A stretch of DNA of 64,000 nt from Escherichia coli. Lineage in GTDB: Bacteria; Pseudomonadota; Gammaproteobacteria; Enterobacterales; Enterobacteriaceae. Positions 53,698-63,616 of the stretch are shown one piece after another. The notes below the pieces were generated by a model that did not search any database, was not told the DNA's origin, and worked only from the letters and a program-made list of their open reading frames with translations. Where the stretch lies: assembly GCF_044324875.1 (NCBI RefSeq), contig NZ_CP172185.1. One strand, given 5' to 3'. A program made the position numbers and the translations under genes. Each line of letters starts with the position of its first letter. Positions within the stretch are counted from its first letter, which is position 1.

Positions 53698-54354
53698 ATG
53701 GGGAAACTGAGATACCGTAACCTCGTTCCCGCTGAAGGAATGAGTAACATGTTTGTCAATATCCGGCTGGCAACCAGCCCGCAGGCAGTGAAGCGCATTG
53801 CCGCGCATGTGGGTAAGGAGCTGCGGCGCGTGAACCAGAGCCGGATGCGCGCCCAGAAAGCGCCGGACGGTTCGGTGTGGACACGCCGTAAACGCCGTAT
53901 ATCACGCCTTCAGGAGCGCATCAGCTTTATCTGGCAAAACCAGAACCGCACCCTGAAAAACTGGCATCACGGTTCAGGAAAATACGGCCAGACCATCACC
54001 GGCTGGGATGAAGACCGGAGCGGCATACGTACCTTTTACCGGAGTGATATCCTCCGTTTCCTTGAAATCAGGACACGCCGCATCAACCGTGACACCACAA
54101 AAACGGTGCCGATGTTTGCGAAGCTGCGCACGGCCCGTTATCTGAAAGTGAAGGCGGACGCATCAGGCGTGACGGTGGGCTACAGCGGCGTGGCGGCACG
54201 CATTGCCCGCGTTCACCAGTTCGGGGAGCGCGACCGGGTGGCCGCAGGGATGTATACGGATTATCCGGCCCGTGAACTTCTTGGAATAACACCGGCAGAT
54301 GAACGACTTATTCAGCGTATCATTATGGACAATATCGCGAGGGCTGTGGCATGA
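53698..54354 (+). CDS. Tail completion/virion morphogenesis protein (P2 gpS-like)
   Basis: 218 aa; DGSVWTRRKRR motif typical of S family; alternative start at 53740. Confidence 0.78.
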   Translation: MGKLRYRNLVPAEGMSNMFVNIRLATSPQAVKRIAAHVGKELRRVNQSRMRAQKAPDGSVWTRRKRRISRLQERISFIWQNQNRTLKNWHHGSGKYGQTITGWDEDRSGIRTFYRSDILRFLEIRTRRINRDTTKTVPMFAKLRTARYLKVKADASGVTVGYSGVAARIARVHQFGERDRVAAGMYTDYPARELLGITPADERLIQRIIMDNIARAVA

Positions 54355-54932
54355 ACGCGGAATTAATGCGCCTTATCAGCAACATCATCAGAACCGGCGT
54401 GATTTTCGACGTGAACCCGCAGACCTGGGAGGTCCGGGTGCGCAGTGGCGGACTGGAGACAGGCTGGCTTCGCTGGAGCACCGCGCGGGCGGGCGCGTTC
54501 AGTGTCTGGGTGCCGCCAGCCACCGGTGAACAGGTGGCGTTCGTCTGTATCGGTGGTAATCCCGAAACCGCGATAATCATCGGCAGCCTCTGGAGCGATG
54601 ATATCCCGGCACCGGGCAGCACACTGAAGGAAATCATCATGACAGCACCGGACGGTGCGGTATTCCGCTACGATGCAGACGCCGGTGCACTGGAGGTTAA
54701 GGGGATTAAAACAGCCAGCATTCAGGCCGACACGCGCATCACCCTGGACACGCCGGAGGTGGTGTGTACCCGCAAACTTATCACCGCCACCCTGGAGGTG
54801 CAGAACGGCGGCGAGATGCGCGGCAGCATATCCCACAGCGGCGGCAGCCTGACATCCAACGGTATCACCGTTCATACGCACACCCACGGTGGCGTCAGGA
54901 CGGGCCCGGGCACCACGGGAGGCCCGCAATGA
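54351..54932 (+). CDS. Baseplate spike/assembly protein (P2 gpV-like)
   Basis: 193 aa; C-terminal HTHTHGG spike-tip motif. Confidence 0.9.
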   Translation: MNAELMRLISNIIRTGVIFDVNPQTWEVRVRSGGLETGWLRWSTARAGAFSVWVPPATGEQVAFVCIGGNPETAIIIGSLWSDDIPAPGSTLKEIIMTAPDGAVFRYDADAGALEVKGIKTASIQADTRITLDTPEVVCTRKLITATLEVQNGGEMRGSISHSGGSLTSNGITVHTHTHGGVRTGPGTTGGPQ

Positions 54933-55279
54933 CCGCTGTTTACAGGGGGATGAACCCGCAGGGAACCGGCACGCTGAGCGACAGCGAACACCTGAAAAAC
55001 AGCGTGCGGGATATCCTGACCACACCGCCAGGCAGCCGGGTGATGCGCCGCGAATACGGCAGCCTGTTACCGGACCTCATCGACGAGCCCATGAACGACA
55101 CCACGCGTTTACAGTGCATGAGCGCCACGGTGACTGCGCTGGCGCGCCATGAACCCCGTATAGCACTGCAGAACGTCGATGTGAACTGGCGGGCTGGCGG
55201 ACGCGCCGTGGTGACGTTATCCGGCATCATCACCGAAACCATGCAGAACATCACATTCAGTATCACCCTGAGGGAGTAA
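54929..55279 (+). CDS. Baseplate wedge protein (P2 gpW / gp25-like)
   Basis: Start MTAVYRG overlapping V stop; 116 aa. Confidence 0.87.
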   Translation: MTAVYRGMNPQGTGTLSDSEHLKNSVRDILTTPPGSRVMRREYGSLLPDLIDEPMNDTTRLQCMSATVTALARHEPRIALQNVDVNWRAGGRAVVTLSGIITETMQNITFSITLRE

Positions 55280-55282
55280 ATC

Positions 55283-56179
55283 ATGCCTTCCGTTGACCTG
55301 TCACAGTTACCGGAACCGGCCATCATCGCGCAGCCGGATTTTGAGTCCATCCTGGCAGACATTAAAACCATGATGGTGAGCTCCTTCCCGGAAGAATACC
55401 GCGCCGCCGTCACCCGTGCCCTTACTCTGGAATCCGAGCCATTGAACATCATTTCCCAGGCCATGGCCTTTCGTGAAATGCTGCTTCGCCAGCGCATCAA
55501 TGAAGCCGCCCGCGCCTGCATGCTCAGCCACAGCCGGGGCAGTGACCTGGACAATCTGGCCGCCAACAACAACACCCGCCGCCTGGTCATTCATCCGGCC
55601 ACTGATACCACGGAAGCAGTGATGGAAAGCGACACATCGCTGCGTCTGCGTGCCCAGTCAGCCTGGGACGGCCTGAGTGTGGCCGGACCGTCCGGCGCGT
55701 ATGAGTATTTTGCCCGGAGCGCAAGCGGTCTTGTCCGTGATGCGCGCGCCATCAGCCCGTCACCGGCCACAGTCACCGTCTCCATCCTGTCAGCAGACGG
55801 TGACGGCACCGCCGGTGAGGCGTTACTGAACACGGTGCGCACCGCCCTGAATGCCGAGAACGTGCGCCCGGTTGCCGACCGCCTGACTGTGCAGAGTGCT
55901 ACCATCGTGAACTGGGTAATGGAAGCGAAGCTGTATTTTTATCCAGGGCCGGAGTCTGAACCCATGCTTGCGGCCGCTGACGCCGCTTTCCGTGCATGGC
56001 TGGCAGACCAGGGCCGTATCGGTCAGGACGTGGCCCTGTCAGCCATCACTGCAGCGCTGCATGTTCACGGTGTCCAGCGCGTTGAGGTCATAAAACCCAC
56101 GCAGAACATCACCATCAGTGACACTCAGGCAGCCAGATGTACCACATTCAGCATCAGCGAAGGAGGACGCAATGAGTGA
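55283..56179 (+). CDS. Baseplate assembly protein (P2 gpJ-like)
   Basis: 298 aa, conserved position and size. Confidence 0.9.
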   Translation: MPSVDLSQLPEPAIIAQPDFESILADIKTMMVSSFPEEYRAAVTRALTLESEPLNIISQAMAFREMLLRQRINEAARACMLSHSRGSDLDNLAANNNTRRLVIHPATDTTEAVMESDTSLRLRAQSAWDGLSVAGPSGAYEYFARSASGLVRDARAISPSPATVTVSILSADGDGTAGEALLNTVRTALNAENVRPVADRLTVQSATIVNWVMEAKLYFYPGPESEPMLAAADAAFRAWLADQGRIGQDVALSAITAALHVHGVQRVEVIKPTQNITISDTQAARCTTFSISEGGRNE

Positions 56180-56735
56180 CAGGAAAAAAACAGACAGCGC
56201 ACAGCACAGTACATCACTGCTTCCACCGTCCGCAGGGCCATTCATGCGCGCCACAGAGGCGACAGGAGTACGCATCAGTGCCATACCGGTGGACGCCGAC
56301 ACCCTGTGGTCGCCGGACCGCTGCCCTGCTCACCTCCTGCCCTACCTTGCATGGGCATGTTCCGTTGACAGCTGGGACCGCAACTGGCCGGAAGAGACCA
56401 GGCGACAGGTGATTCGGGACGCATGGATGATACATCGCCACAAAGGGACCATCAGTGCACTCCGCCGCATCGTTGAACCACTGGGCTACCTCATCCGTGT
56501 ATCAGAATGGTGGGAGTTTGACGGCTCGCCCGGGACCTTCACCATTGAGATTGGCACACTTGAAACCGGAGTAAGTGAAGAGCTGCATGAAGAAATGGAG
56601 CGTCTGATTGCCGATGCGCGCCCCGTCAGCCGCCACCTCGTGGGGCTTAGTATCATCCAGGAAATACACGGTGCCATTTACGCCGCTGCCGCAGGTTACG
56701 ACGGCGACATCATCACCATTTACCCGGAAGACTGA
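56172..56735 (+). CDS. Baseplate protein (P2 gpI-like)
   Basis: Start MSDRKK with AAGGAGGA SD, overlaps J stop; 187 aa. Confidence 0.87.
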   Translation: MSDRKKTDSAQHSTSLLPPSAGPFMRATEATGVRISAIPVDADTLWSPDRCPAHLLPYLAWACSVDSWDRNWPEETRRQVIRDAWMIHRHKGTISALRRIVEPLGYLIRVSEWWEFDGSPGTFTIEIGTLETGVSEELHEEMERLIADARPVSRHLVGLSIIQEIHGAIYAAAAGYDGDIITIYPED

Positions 56736-56738
56736 ACC

Positions 56739-58973
56739 ATGAGCACGAGAAAATTCAGAACCCTTATCACCGACATCGGGCTGGCAAAGCTGGCCGCAAC
56801 AACGGCGCCTGGCGGTAGACCTGTACGCCTTACGCACATGGCTGTAGGGGACGGCAATGGAGAGCTTCGTCAGCCGCAGAAAAACCAGACATCGCTTTAC
56901 AATGAGGTTTGGCGCCAGTCTGTCAACCGCGTCTTCACCGACCCGGAGAACCCGAACCGCCTCATCGCCGAACTGGTCATTCCTCCTGAAACCGGCGGAT
57001 TCTGGGTGCGTGAAATTGGTGTGTTTGATGATACAGGTACAATGATTGCAGTAGGAAATACCGCTGAAAGTTACAAGCCCACCAGAGAGGAAGGTTCAGG
57101 GCGGGCGCAGATATTCCGTGCAGTAATCACCGTCACCTCCGACGCCGTGGTGGAACTGGTCATGGACACAACAACAATTCTGCCGACCACGGACTACATT
57201 GATGAGAAAATGGCGGAACACGCACGTTCCCGTAACCACCCTGACGCGACACTGACAGAAAAAGGATTCACCCAACTGAGCAGCGCCACAAACAGCACCT
57301 CTGAAACACTGGCCGCCACACCGAAGGCCGTCAAGGCTGCATATGACCTTGCAGCCGGTAAAGCACCCGCCAGCCACACCCACCCGTGGAATCAGATAAC
57401 TGGTGTGCCATCAGCCTCGCTGACGGCAAAAGGCACCGTACAGCTGAGCAGTGCCACAAACAGTGAGTCAGAGACTGAGGCGGCCACCCCCAAAGCGGTT
57501 AAAGCCTTACACGATATGGTGACGAGCAAGTATACAGGACAGGATGCAACCACCGGACGCAAAGGCATCGTACAGCTGAGCAGCGCCACAAACAGCAATT
57601 CCGAAACACTGGCGGCCACACCGAAGGCAGTAAGTGATGCACTGAGCATGGCGTTCGTGAAGCCAACAACATCCCTGGGGGAAACAGACCTGAACACTCT
57701 GGGGCGTAAGGAAGACGCGGGAGATTATTACCAGCAGAGTGACTCAGGTGCGAGAACAGACAGAAACTATCCTGTAGAGAAGGCAGGAGAGTTACGCATC
57801 CGTGTTGGTGCATGGGGATTCTGCCAGCATGAATACACGAGCTGGGATCCGCCACGAAAATTTATCAGGACAGTTACCGGAAACTTTAACGGTAACGGCC
57901 CATGGTCAGAGTGGGTGGAGGTGACAAACACAGATGCAACAACTGGACGCAAAGGCATCGTACAGCTGAGCAGCGATACAAACAGCAATTCCGAAACGCT
58001 GGCGGCCACACCAAGAGCCGTCAAGGCTGCATATGACCTTGCAGCCGGTAAAGCACCCGCCAGCCACACCCACCCGTGGAATCAGATAACAGGTGTGCCA
58101 TCAGCCTCGCTGACGGCAAAAGGCACCGTACAGCTGAGCAGTGCCACAAACAGTGAGTCAGAGACTGAGGCCGCCACCCCCAAAGCGGTTAAAGCCTTAC
58201 ACGATATGCTGACGAGCAAGTATACAGGACAGGATGCAACCACCGGACGCAAAGGCATCGTACAGCTAAGCAGCGCCACAAACAGCAATTCCGAAACGCT
58301 GGCGGCCACACCAAAAGCTGTTAAAGCTGCGTATGACCTTGCCAACAGCAAAGCCTCGGCAGCCCACACTCATCGCTGGGCTCAGATCACAGACGCCCCT
58401 GTTTTTTCGTCTGTTGCCCGCGTCATCATGGGTAAACAAAGCATAAAAGATATTCTTGATTACTTTGGTTTAGGAGAAGGCTCGACGCTGCCAGTTGGCG
58501 TACCCGTTCCGTGGCCTTCGTCAAGACCACCTGAGGGGTGGTTACAGTGCAACGGTGCCGCATTCACGCGTACAAAATACCCAAAACTGGCGGTGGCCTA
58601 CCCTGACCTCAGGCTACCAGATTTGCGCGGGGAATTTATTCGTGGATGGGATGACCTGCGAATGATTGACAGGGGACGCTTATTGTTATCCACACAGGAA
58701 GCAACATATATTTGTACCGCCATACAGGCGTACCACGGCGTAGCGGGAGGTGCAGATATTCAGGCAGGGATTTCATTTGCATCACATGATAACGACATCA
58801 TAAACATAACCCCTGATCAACCCAGAACCGGTAACGGCATCCTGTACGGCACAAAACCAGTTGACAGATGGGCAATAGCCAGAGCCGGTAAGCTGGTGAG
58901 TAATGAAAAAGACAGATGGATAGCGATCAGACCGCGCAATATCGCTTTTAATTATATTGTGAGGGCAGTTTAA
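56739..58973 (+). CDS. Tail fibre protein (P2 gpH-like) with internal repeat array
   Basis: 744 aa; repeated TGRKGIVQLSSATNSNSETLAATPKAVKAAYDLA units; C-terminal receptor-binding region. Confidence 0.9.
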   Translation: MSTRKFRTLITDIGLAKLAATTAPGGRPVRLTHMAVGDGNGELRQPQKNQTSLYNEVWRQSVNRVFTDPENPNRLIAELVIPPETGGFWVREIGVFDDTGTMIAVGNTAESYKPTREEGSGRAQIFRAVITVTSDAVVELVMDTTTILPTTDYIDEKMAEHARSRNHPDATLTEKGFTQLSSATNSTSETLAATPKAVKAAYDLAAGKAPASHTHPWNQITGVPSASLTAKGTVQLSSATNSESETEAATPKAVKALHDMVTSKYTGQDATTGRKGIVQLSSATNSNSETLAATPKAVSDALSMAFVKPTTSLGETDLNTLGRKEDAGDYYQQSDSGARTDRNYPVEKAGELRIRVGAWGFCQHEYTSWDPPRKFIRTVTGNFNGNGPWSEWVEVTNTDATTGRKGIVQLSSDTNSNSETLAATPRAVKAAYDLAAGKAPASHTHPWNQITGVPSASLTAKGTVQLSSATNSESETEAATPKAVKALHDMLTSKYTGQDATTGRKGIVQLSSATNSNSETLAATPKAVKAAYDLANSKASAAHTHRWAQITDAPVFSSVARVIMGKQSIKDILDYFGLGEGSTLPVGVPVPWPSSRPPEGWLQCNGAAFTRTKYPKLAVAYPDLRLPDLRGEFIRGWDDLRMIDRGRLLLSTQEATYICTAIQAYHGVAGGADIQAGISFASHDNDIINITPDQPRTGNGILYGTKPVDRWAIARAGKLVSNEKDRWIAIRPRNIAFNYIVRAV
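57328..57625 (+). repeat. Copy 1 of ~300-bp near-identical direct repeat inside tail-fibre gene
   Basis: Near-identical to 58018-58315 (offset 690 bp) with five single-base differences noted in the aligned core. Confidence 0.8.
58018..58315 (+). repeat. Copy 2 of ~300-bp direct repeat inside tail-fibre gene
   Basis: See copy 1. Confidence 0.8.
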
Positions 58974-59584
58974 TGAGTAACACTGCAGTTCTGGATGAAA
59001 ACGGTATCGCCACTTTCGCAGGCGATATCACTGTATATCACTATGATGAGGAAACCCGGGAATACACCTCATCCTCTGTGGAGTATCTCGCCCTGGGGGT
59101 GGGTACCCCGGCACATTCATGCGCCGATGCCCCGCCAGAGGCAATGCCGGGTTACGTGATTTGCCGGACGTCCACGCTGGACGGGTGGGAGTATGTCCCC
59201 GATCATCGTGGAGAGACGGTATACAGCACAGAGAACGGTAATCCGGTCCAGATTACCCAACCAGGTGACTACCCGGAAGGGACAACGACAAAACAGCCTG
59301 CCACACCATGGGATACCTGGAACGGTGAGGCGTGGGTAACCGATACAGAACGGCAGCAAGCCGAAGAGCTGGAGGTTGCCAGACAGCAACGCAAGGAACG
59401 GGTGGATCAGGCGATGAAGTCCATCGACCTCATCAACCTTAAGTTGCGGGCAGGTCGCAGTCTGACACCAGAAGAAACGGCAAAACTGAATGCCGTGCTG
59501 GATTATATCGACGAGCTGAACGCACTGGATATCAGCACGGAGCCTGAAATAAGCTGGCCGGAAACACCACCAGAAATGGAATGA
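58973..59584 (+). CDS. Tail fibre assembly chaperone (P2 gpG-like)
   Basis: 203 aa; start overlaps H stop. Confidence 0.87.
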   Translation: MSNTAVLDENGIATFAGDITVYHYDEETREYTSSSVEYLALGVGTPAHSCADAPPEAMPGYVICRTSTLDGWEYVPDHRGETVYSTENGNPVQITQPGDYPEGTTTKQPATPWDTWNGEAWVTDTERQQAEELEVARQQRKERVDQAMKSIDLINLKLRAGRSLTPEETAKLNAVLDYIDELNALDISTEPEISWPETPPEME

Positions 59585-59654
59585 GCGGGGAAAAGGAACG
59601 GGCATTCATAAATAATTCATCATGCAGGTGCCGCAAGAATGCGGCACATTACCT

Positions 59655-60143
59655 TCACATCAGATCATTTACGCCGCTTACTGTGGTATTCCAGACCGAA
59701 CTTAACTTCCCTTTCATTCCCGAAAGCATATCAGACACCGGCGACGAGGCCATACTCTCCCGCAAATCCTCATCACAGCGTTCCAGACTGACAGTGAACT
59801 CAATTTTTTTGGCCTTACCGTGGCGGTCAAGTTCGCTTCGCGTTGTGCGGACAGCCGTTATCACATACATGCCGTATATCTGCCCCACACCGTCAATCAG
59901 CGGCCATGGGCGACCAGTGTAAGCCTGCGTCGTTAAAAGGCTGAGGGAAACCTCACCGCCGGTAATTTCGGGATAAAGCACACCGGACAACGTGATCTGG
60001 TCGTCACCCGCCCCGATATACTGCCAGCTGGCCGAACGATTGATGCGTTCATTTTTAACGTGGCGCCAGGTTTTATTATGTTGCAGTTGTTGATGAGGCA
60101 GCGTACGCAACTCAAAAACAAACATGCCGTAAATCATCATCAT
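59655..60143 (-). CDS. Tail protein U-like
   Basis: 162 aa; follows tape-measure gene on minus strand; conserved ITLSGVL...GRPWPLIDG...YGMYVIT region. Confidence 0.82.
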   Translation of the reverse strand: MMMIYGMFVFELRTLPHQQLQHNKTWRHVKNERINRSASWQYIGAGDDQITLSGVLYPEITGGEVSLSLLTTQAYTGRPWPLIDGVGQIYGMYVITAVRTTRSELDRHGKAKKIEFTVSLERCDEDLRESMASSPVSDMLSGMKGKLSSVWNTTVSGVNDLM

Positions 60144-60154
60144 GCGAGGTACTC

Positions 60155-63100
60155 CTAATCTCTGTCACGGAAACTACCGACTGTCTGGCGGATACGGCGT
60201 TCCATTTCCGCACGGACGGCATCACCCACCATTTTTGCCAGTTCGCGCGGGTTTTGCGTGTGAACATCATGCAGGTGAATATGCAGTTCGCCAGTTAATC
60301 CCCATGGTGCCGGCTCACTCTGGCGCGGTCGGGGCGATGCGGGGGATATGGGCTGGCGCACAGCCTCAACCACCGGACGGGATGTTGCCGCCATCACTGG
60401 TGTCATTAGCGGGGAGAACGTCGGCATGACATCGTGAGTCATAACCGGTTTGATCACCGGCGGAACCACTGGCGTAATATTACCGGACAGTACCGGACGG
60501 ACGACCGGAGGAATAACCGGCACATTATTCACGGACACCACCGGCTTCACGACCGGCGACACGTTCGCCGTGGTGGATATCAGCGGCGAAACACTGACAG
60601 GCGGTGGCGCTGGCAGCGGTGGCAACGAAGGCACACTGACCGACGGCACCTGCGGCAGTCTGACAGGTGGCTCACTGACACTACCCGGTAACAGGGAAGC
60701 TGCTCGGTTAAAGCGTTCCTCCTTCCACTCACCACGAACGGCCAGCGCTTCCGGCAGGTTTTTAAAGATAATATCGCCGGGACCAGCGCGTTTTTTCGCC
60801 TGTTTCGCCTCATCCAGCAGACCACCGGTGTTATCGACGATTTTGTTCAGGCGGCGCATAGTGCCGGTATTCTCCCCCGTCAGGGGTGGTTGCCCCCCTT
60901 TGGGTTTTTCGCCGTCTTTTTTATCCTCGTCCTTTTTCGGCGGATTAATGACGTTAACATCCGCCAGAAGCATGGCAGCTTTCTCGTTCAGCAACTCCTT
61001 CTGTTTTAGTTCTTCCGCCTTTTTCCGGGCGCGCTCAACCGCCGACGGAATCAGCCCGAGTTTTTCCAGCACCCGGGTTAATGAGTCAATCAGCAGCGTA
61101 ACCGGACCGGTCACCAGATTGCTGATAAACTCCCCTACCTTCTGCCCGAACGTACGCCCGGCTTCCGTGCACTTGTCCAGCTCATCCTTTGTTGTGCTTA
61201 CCGGCGCGAACAAATCCACGAACCACTGCCACACACGCCCGATTGTCTGCCCGACATACTCAAACAGCGGTCCCAGTGGTGCCACAGCCTCGCGCAGTGG
61301 CGTAAGCCCCTGCCACAGGCCGGACAAGAACCCGCCCACGACAGCCTTCAGCTGGTCCCAGTGCCGCCAGATAAGCACTGCCGCACCGACCAGTGTCGCC
61401 ACCACAAGGCCCACCGGACTTAACAGAAAACCCAGCGCCCCGCCAAGTGCGCCCACCGCACCACTCACCATCCCCCACAGTGCGGGCAGACCTGACAGTC
61501 TGAGCGCCAGTATTCCGATACCGCGCCCCAGTGAAATCAGTGCGCCGCCAGGTGAAGTGAACGCAGCCAGCAGACCACCACGCAGCGCGCCAAGTCCCGC
61601 CTGCACACCACGAAGCCGCCCCGCAACTACGCCCAGCAGTGCAGCAAACCGTCCGGCACCGGAGGTGATACCGACAAACAGCACGCGCCAGCCACCGATA
61701 CCGCCCAGCGGACCACCGAGTACGCCGCGCAGCTGCGTCAGTAACGGCAGCGCACGACCGAGGCCGGATGTGCCGGTCAGCAGGGCAAACCCAAGACGCA
61801 GTTTTGCCAGCGGCCCCATCAACACACCAGTGGCAAGTGACAGCGCCCCCATGGCCGCAACCGCAGCCAGCAGTACACCACCGGCAATCAGCAGTTGTTT
61901 TGTCAGTTCAGGGTGCGCCTGAGCCAGCGCGGTGACTTTCGCAATAACCCGGGTGAACGACTGCGTGACAGAACGCAGCGGCCCGTCAACGAGGTCAGCG
62001 ACACGGATACGCAGTCCTTCCCATGCGCTGTTCAGTGATTTCAGGTCACCGTCCAGGTTATCAGCCATAACACGGGCAGTGTGATTAAGTTCCCCGGTGG
62101 CCAGTTCAATCTCCTGCGTAAGACGGGGAAGATTATTTTCCCCCGCCGCAGTGACAAGATTCATCAGGGAAACATAGGACTCCTGCCCGGCAATAGCCCT
62201 GAAAAAGGAGACCTGCGCGGCATTACCGTATTTTCGGGTGGCCTGGTACAGCTCATTCAGGATATTTTCCATCCGGCGCATGTTCCCGTAAGCATCCTGC
62301 GTCTCCACGCCAAGCTCTTTCAGTGCCATTGCAGCGGCCTTCGGCGGATCAACCAGACGTGACAGACTGGCACGCAGCGCCGTACCTGCATCACTTCCAC
62401 GGATCCCCACACTGCCAAGGACACCCGTCATGGCTGCCGCCTGTTCAAGGGACAGGCCAAGTGAAGCTGCAACCGGACCCGTGTACTTCATGGTTTCACC
62501 CAGTGAACGGAGATCCGTATTGGTTCGTGTGAAGGTGGCGGCCAGCGTGTCACCCACGCGATCCATCTGGTCAGCGGACAGACCAAACTGTGTGAGGATA
62601 TTCGAACTGATATCGGCAGTCTGTCCCAGGTCCATCCCTGCAGCCATTGCCAGATCAAGCACGCCGGGTAGCGCCGCCTGTATGGCCTGTGGTGTGAAGC
62701 CGGCCATGGCAAGGAACGCCTGACCGCTGGCAGCATCACCGGCGGTAAACTGCGTTTCAGAGCCCAGCTTAATGGCCTGTTCGCGCAGCGCCTTAAACTG
62801 CGGACTGTTTTTGTCAATACGGGTCAGCGCCTGGACGCGTGACATCTCCTTACCAAAACTGACCGCCGGTTGCAGGAAACGTCCGGCCGCATAGCCGCCT
62901 GCCGCCGCCGTACCAACCGCCGTAAGTCCGACCGTTTTAAGTTTTCCCGCCGTCTCCTGAGCACGGGAATATTGCTGGCGTGCCTGCGTGACACGTGCCA
63001 GCGCCTGCCGTTCGCGTTCCAGCTGGTCGTTGTATTGCTGTGTTCGCCGTATGGCCTGTTGAATGGTGTTGTCACTGCCGGAAAGCGCAATACCGTGGCG

Positions 63101-63466
63101 CCGCAGCTCACCACCCAGTTCGCGCATTCGCTGAACTTCACGCGCACGGACCTCATTGAGACGCTCAAGTTTGAGGCTCAAATCGTTCATCAGCTTTTTC
63201 TGTTTGTCAGACAGCACGGTTCCGGCGCGCTGAATTTGCTGAAGTGCGCTTAACTGGCGTTGTGCCCGGGCAATGCCGTTTCCGGCCTTGTTTGCAGCCT
63301 CGCGGGCGCGATCAAATGAACGGGCGTGGCGTTCCAGGTTTTTGATCGCACCCTGCGTTCTCTGTATGGAGTCGCCAAGCTGGCCCATCATGCGACGGGC
63401 GTTTTCGGTGGGACGGGTCAGCCTGTCAACAGCGCTGAAGGCGACCCGTATATCAAGCGTTTTCAT
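60155..63466 (-). CDS. Tail tape measure protein (P2 gpT-like), with C-terminal Pro/Val-rich repeats
   Basis: About 1100 aa; start set at ATG (MKTLDIRV) that overlaps the stop of the predicted E' frameshift extension; upstream GTG alternative at 63502. Confidence 0.88.
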   Translation of the reverse strand: MKTLDIRVAFSAVDRLTRPTENARRMMGQLGDSIQRTQGAIKNLERHARSFDRAREAANKAGNGIARAQRQLSALQQIQRAGTVLSDKQKKLMNDLSLKLERLNEVRAREVQRMRELGGELRRHGIALSGSDNTIQQAIRRTQQYNDQLERERQALARVTQARQQYSRAQETAGKLKTVGLTAVGTAAAGGYAAGRFLQPAVSFGKEMSRVQALTRIDKNSPQFKALREQAIKLGSETQFTAGDAASGQAFLAMAGFTPQAIQAALPGVLDLAMAAGMDLGQTADISSNILTQFGLSADQMDRVGDTLAATFTRTNTDLRSLGETMKYTGPVAASLGLSLEQAAAMTGVLGSVGIRGSDAGTALRASLSRLVDPPKAAAMALKELGVETQDAYGNMRRMENILNELYQATRKYGNAAQVSFFRAIAGQESYVSLMNLVTAAGENNLPRLTQEIELATGELNHTARVMADNLDGDLKSLNSAWEGLRIRVADLVDGPLRSVTQSFTRVIAKVTALAQAHPELTKQLLIAGGVLLAAVAAMGALSLATGVLMGPLAKLRLGFALLTGTSGLGRALPLLTQLRGVLGGPLGGIGGWRVLFVGITSGAGRFAALLGVVAGRLRGVQAGLGALRGGLLAAFTSPGGALISLGRGIGILALRLSGLPALWGMVSGAVGALGGALGFLLSPVGLVVATLVGAAVLIWRHWDQLKAVVGGFLSGLWQGLTPLREAVAPLGPLFEYVGQTIGRVWQWFVDLFAPVSTTKDELDKCTEAGRTFGQKVGEFISNLVTGPVTLLIDSLTRVLEKLGLIPSAVERARKKAEELKQKELLNEKAAMLLADVNVINPPKKDEDKKDGEKPKGGQPPLTGENTGTMRRLNKIVDNTGGLLDEAKQAKKRAGPGDIIFKNLPEALAVRGEWKEERFNRAASLLPGSVSEPPVRLPQVPSVSVPSLPPLPAPPPVSVSPLISTTANVSPVVKPVVSVNNVPVIPPVVRPVLSGNITPVVPPVIKPVMTHDVMPTFSPLMTPVMAATSRPVVEAVRQPISPASPRPRQSEPAPWGLTGELHIHLHDVHTQNPRELAKMVGDAVRAEMERRIRQTVGSFRDRD

Positions 63467-63616
63467 GCTCTGCGTTCCCGCTGCGAAGGGCCGCCCGCTC
63501 ACGCCAGGCGACCACCTCGCCGGGATCCATCAGGAAGATTTCAGCGGGAGACCAGTTGAAAATAACGGCGATATCCGCCACAAAGTCTTCAATATGCTCA
63601 AAGGGCACGACGGTTA

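Noticed and set aside
57328-58315. Diversity-generating retroelement (template/variable repeat) in the tail fibre
   Set aside because: Differences between the repeat copies are not adenine-specific and there is no reverse transcriptase gene anywhere in the window.
57096-58369. Several ~95-118-aa minus-strand ORFs inside the tail-fibre gene
   Set aside because: Generated by the internal direct repeats of gene H; they duplicate each other and lack start contexts.
59585-59654. Search for a gpD-like tail gene or remnant between U and G
   Set aside because: Only ~70 bp of non-coding sequence with a single hairpin; no ORF or recognisable D fragment is present.
60450-61922. 490-aa plus-strand ORF opposite the tape-measure gene
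   Set aside because: Ser/Pro/Thr-rich low-complexity translation produced by the repeat-rich tape-measure sequence; the tape-measure frame is the coherent one.
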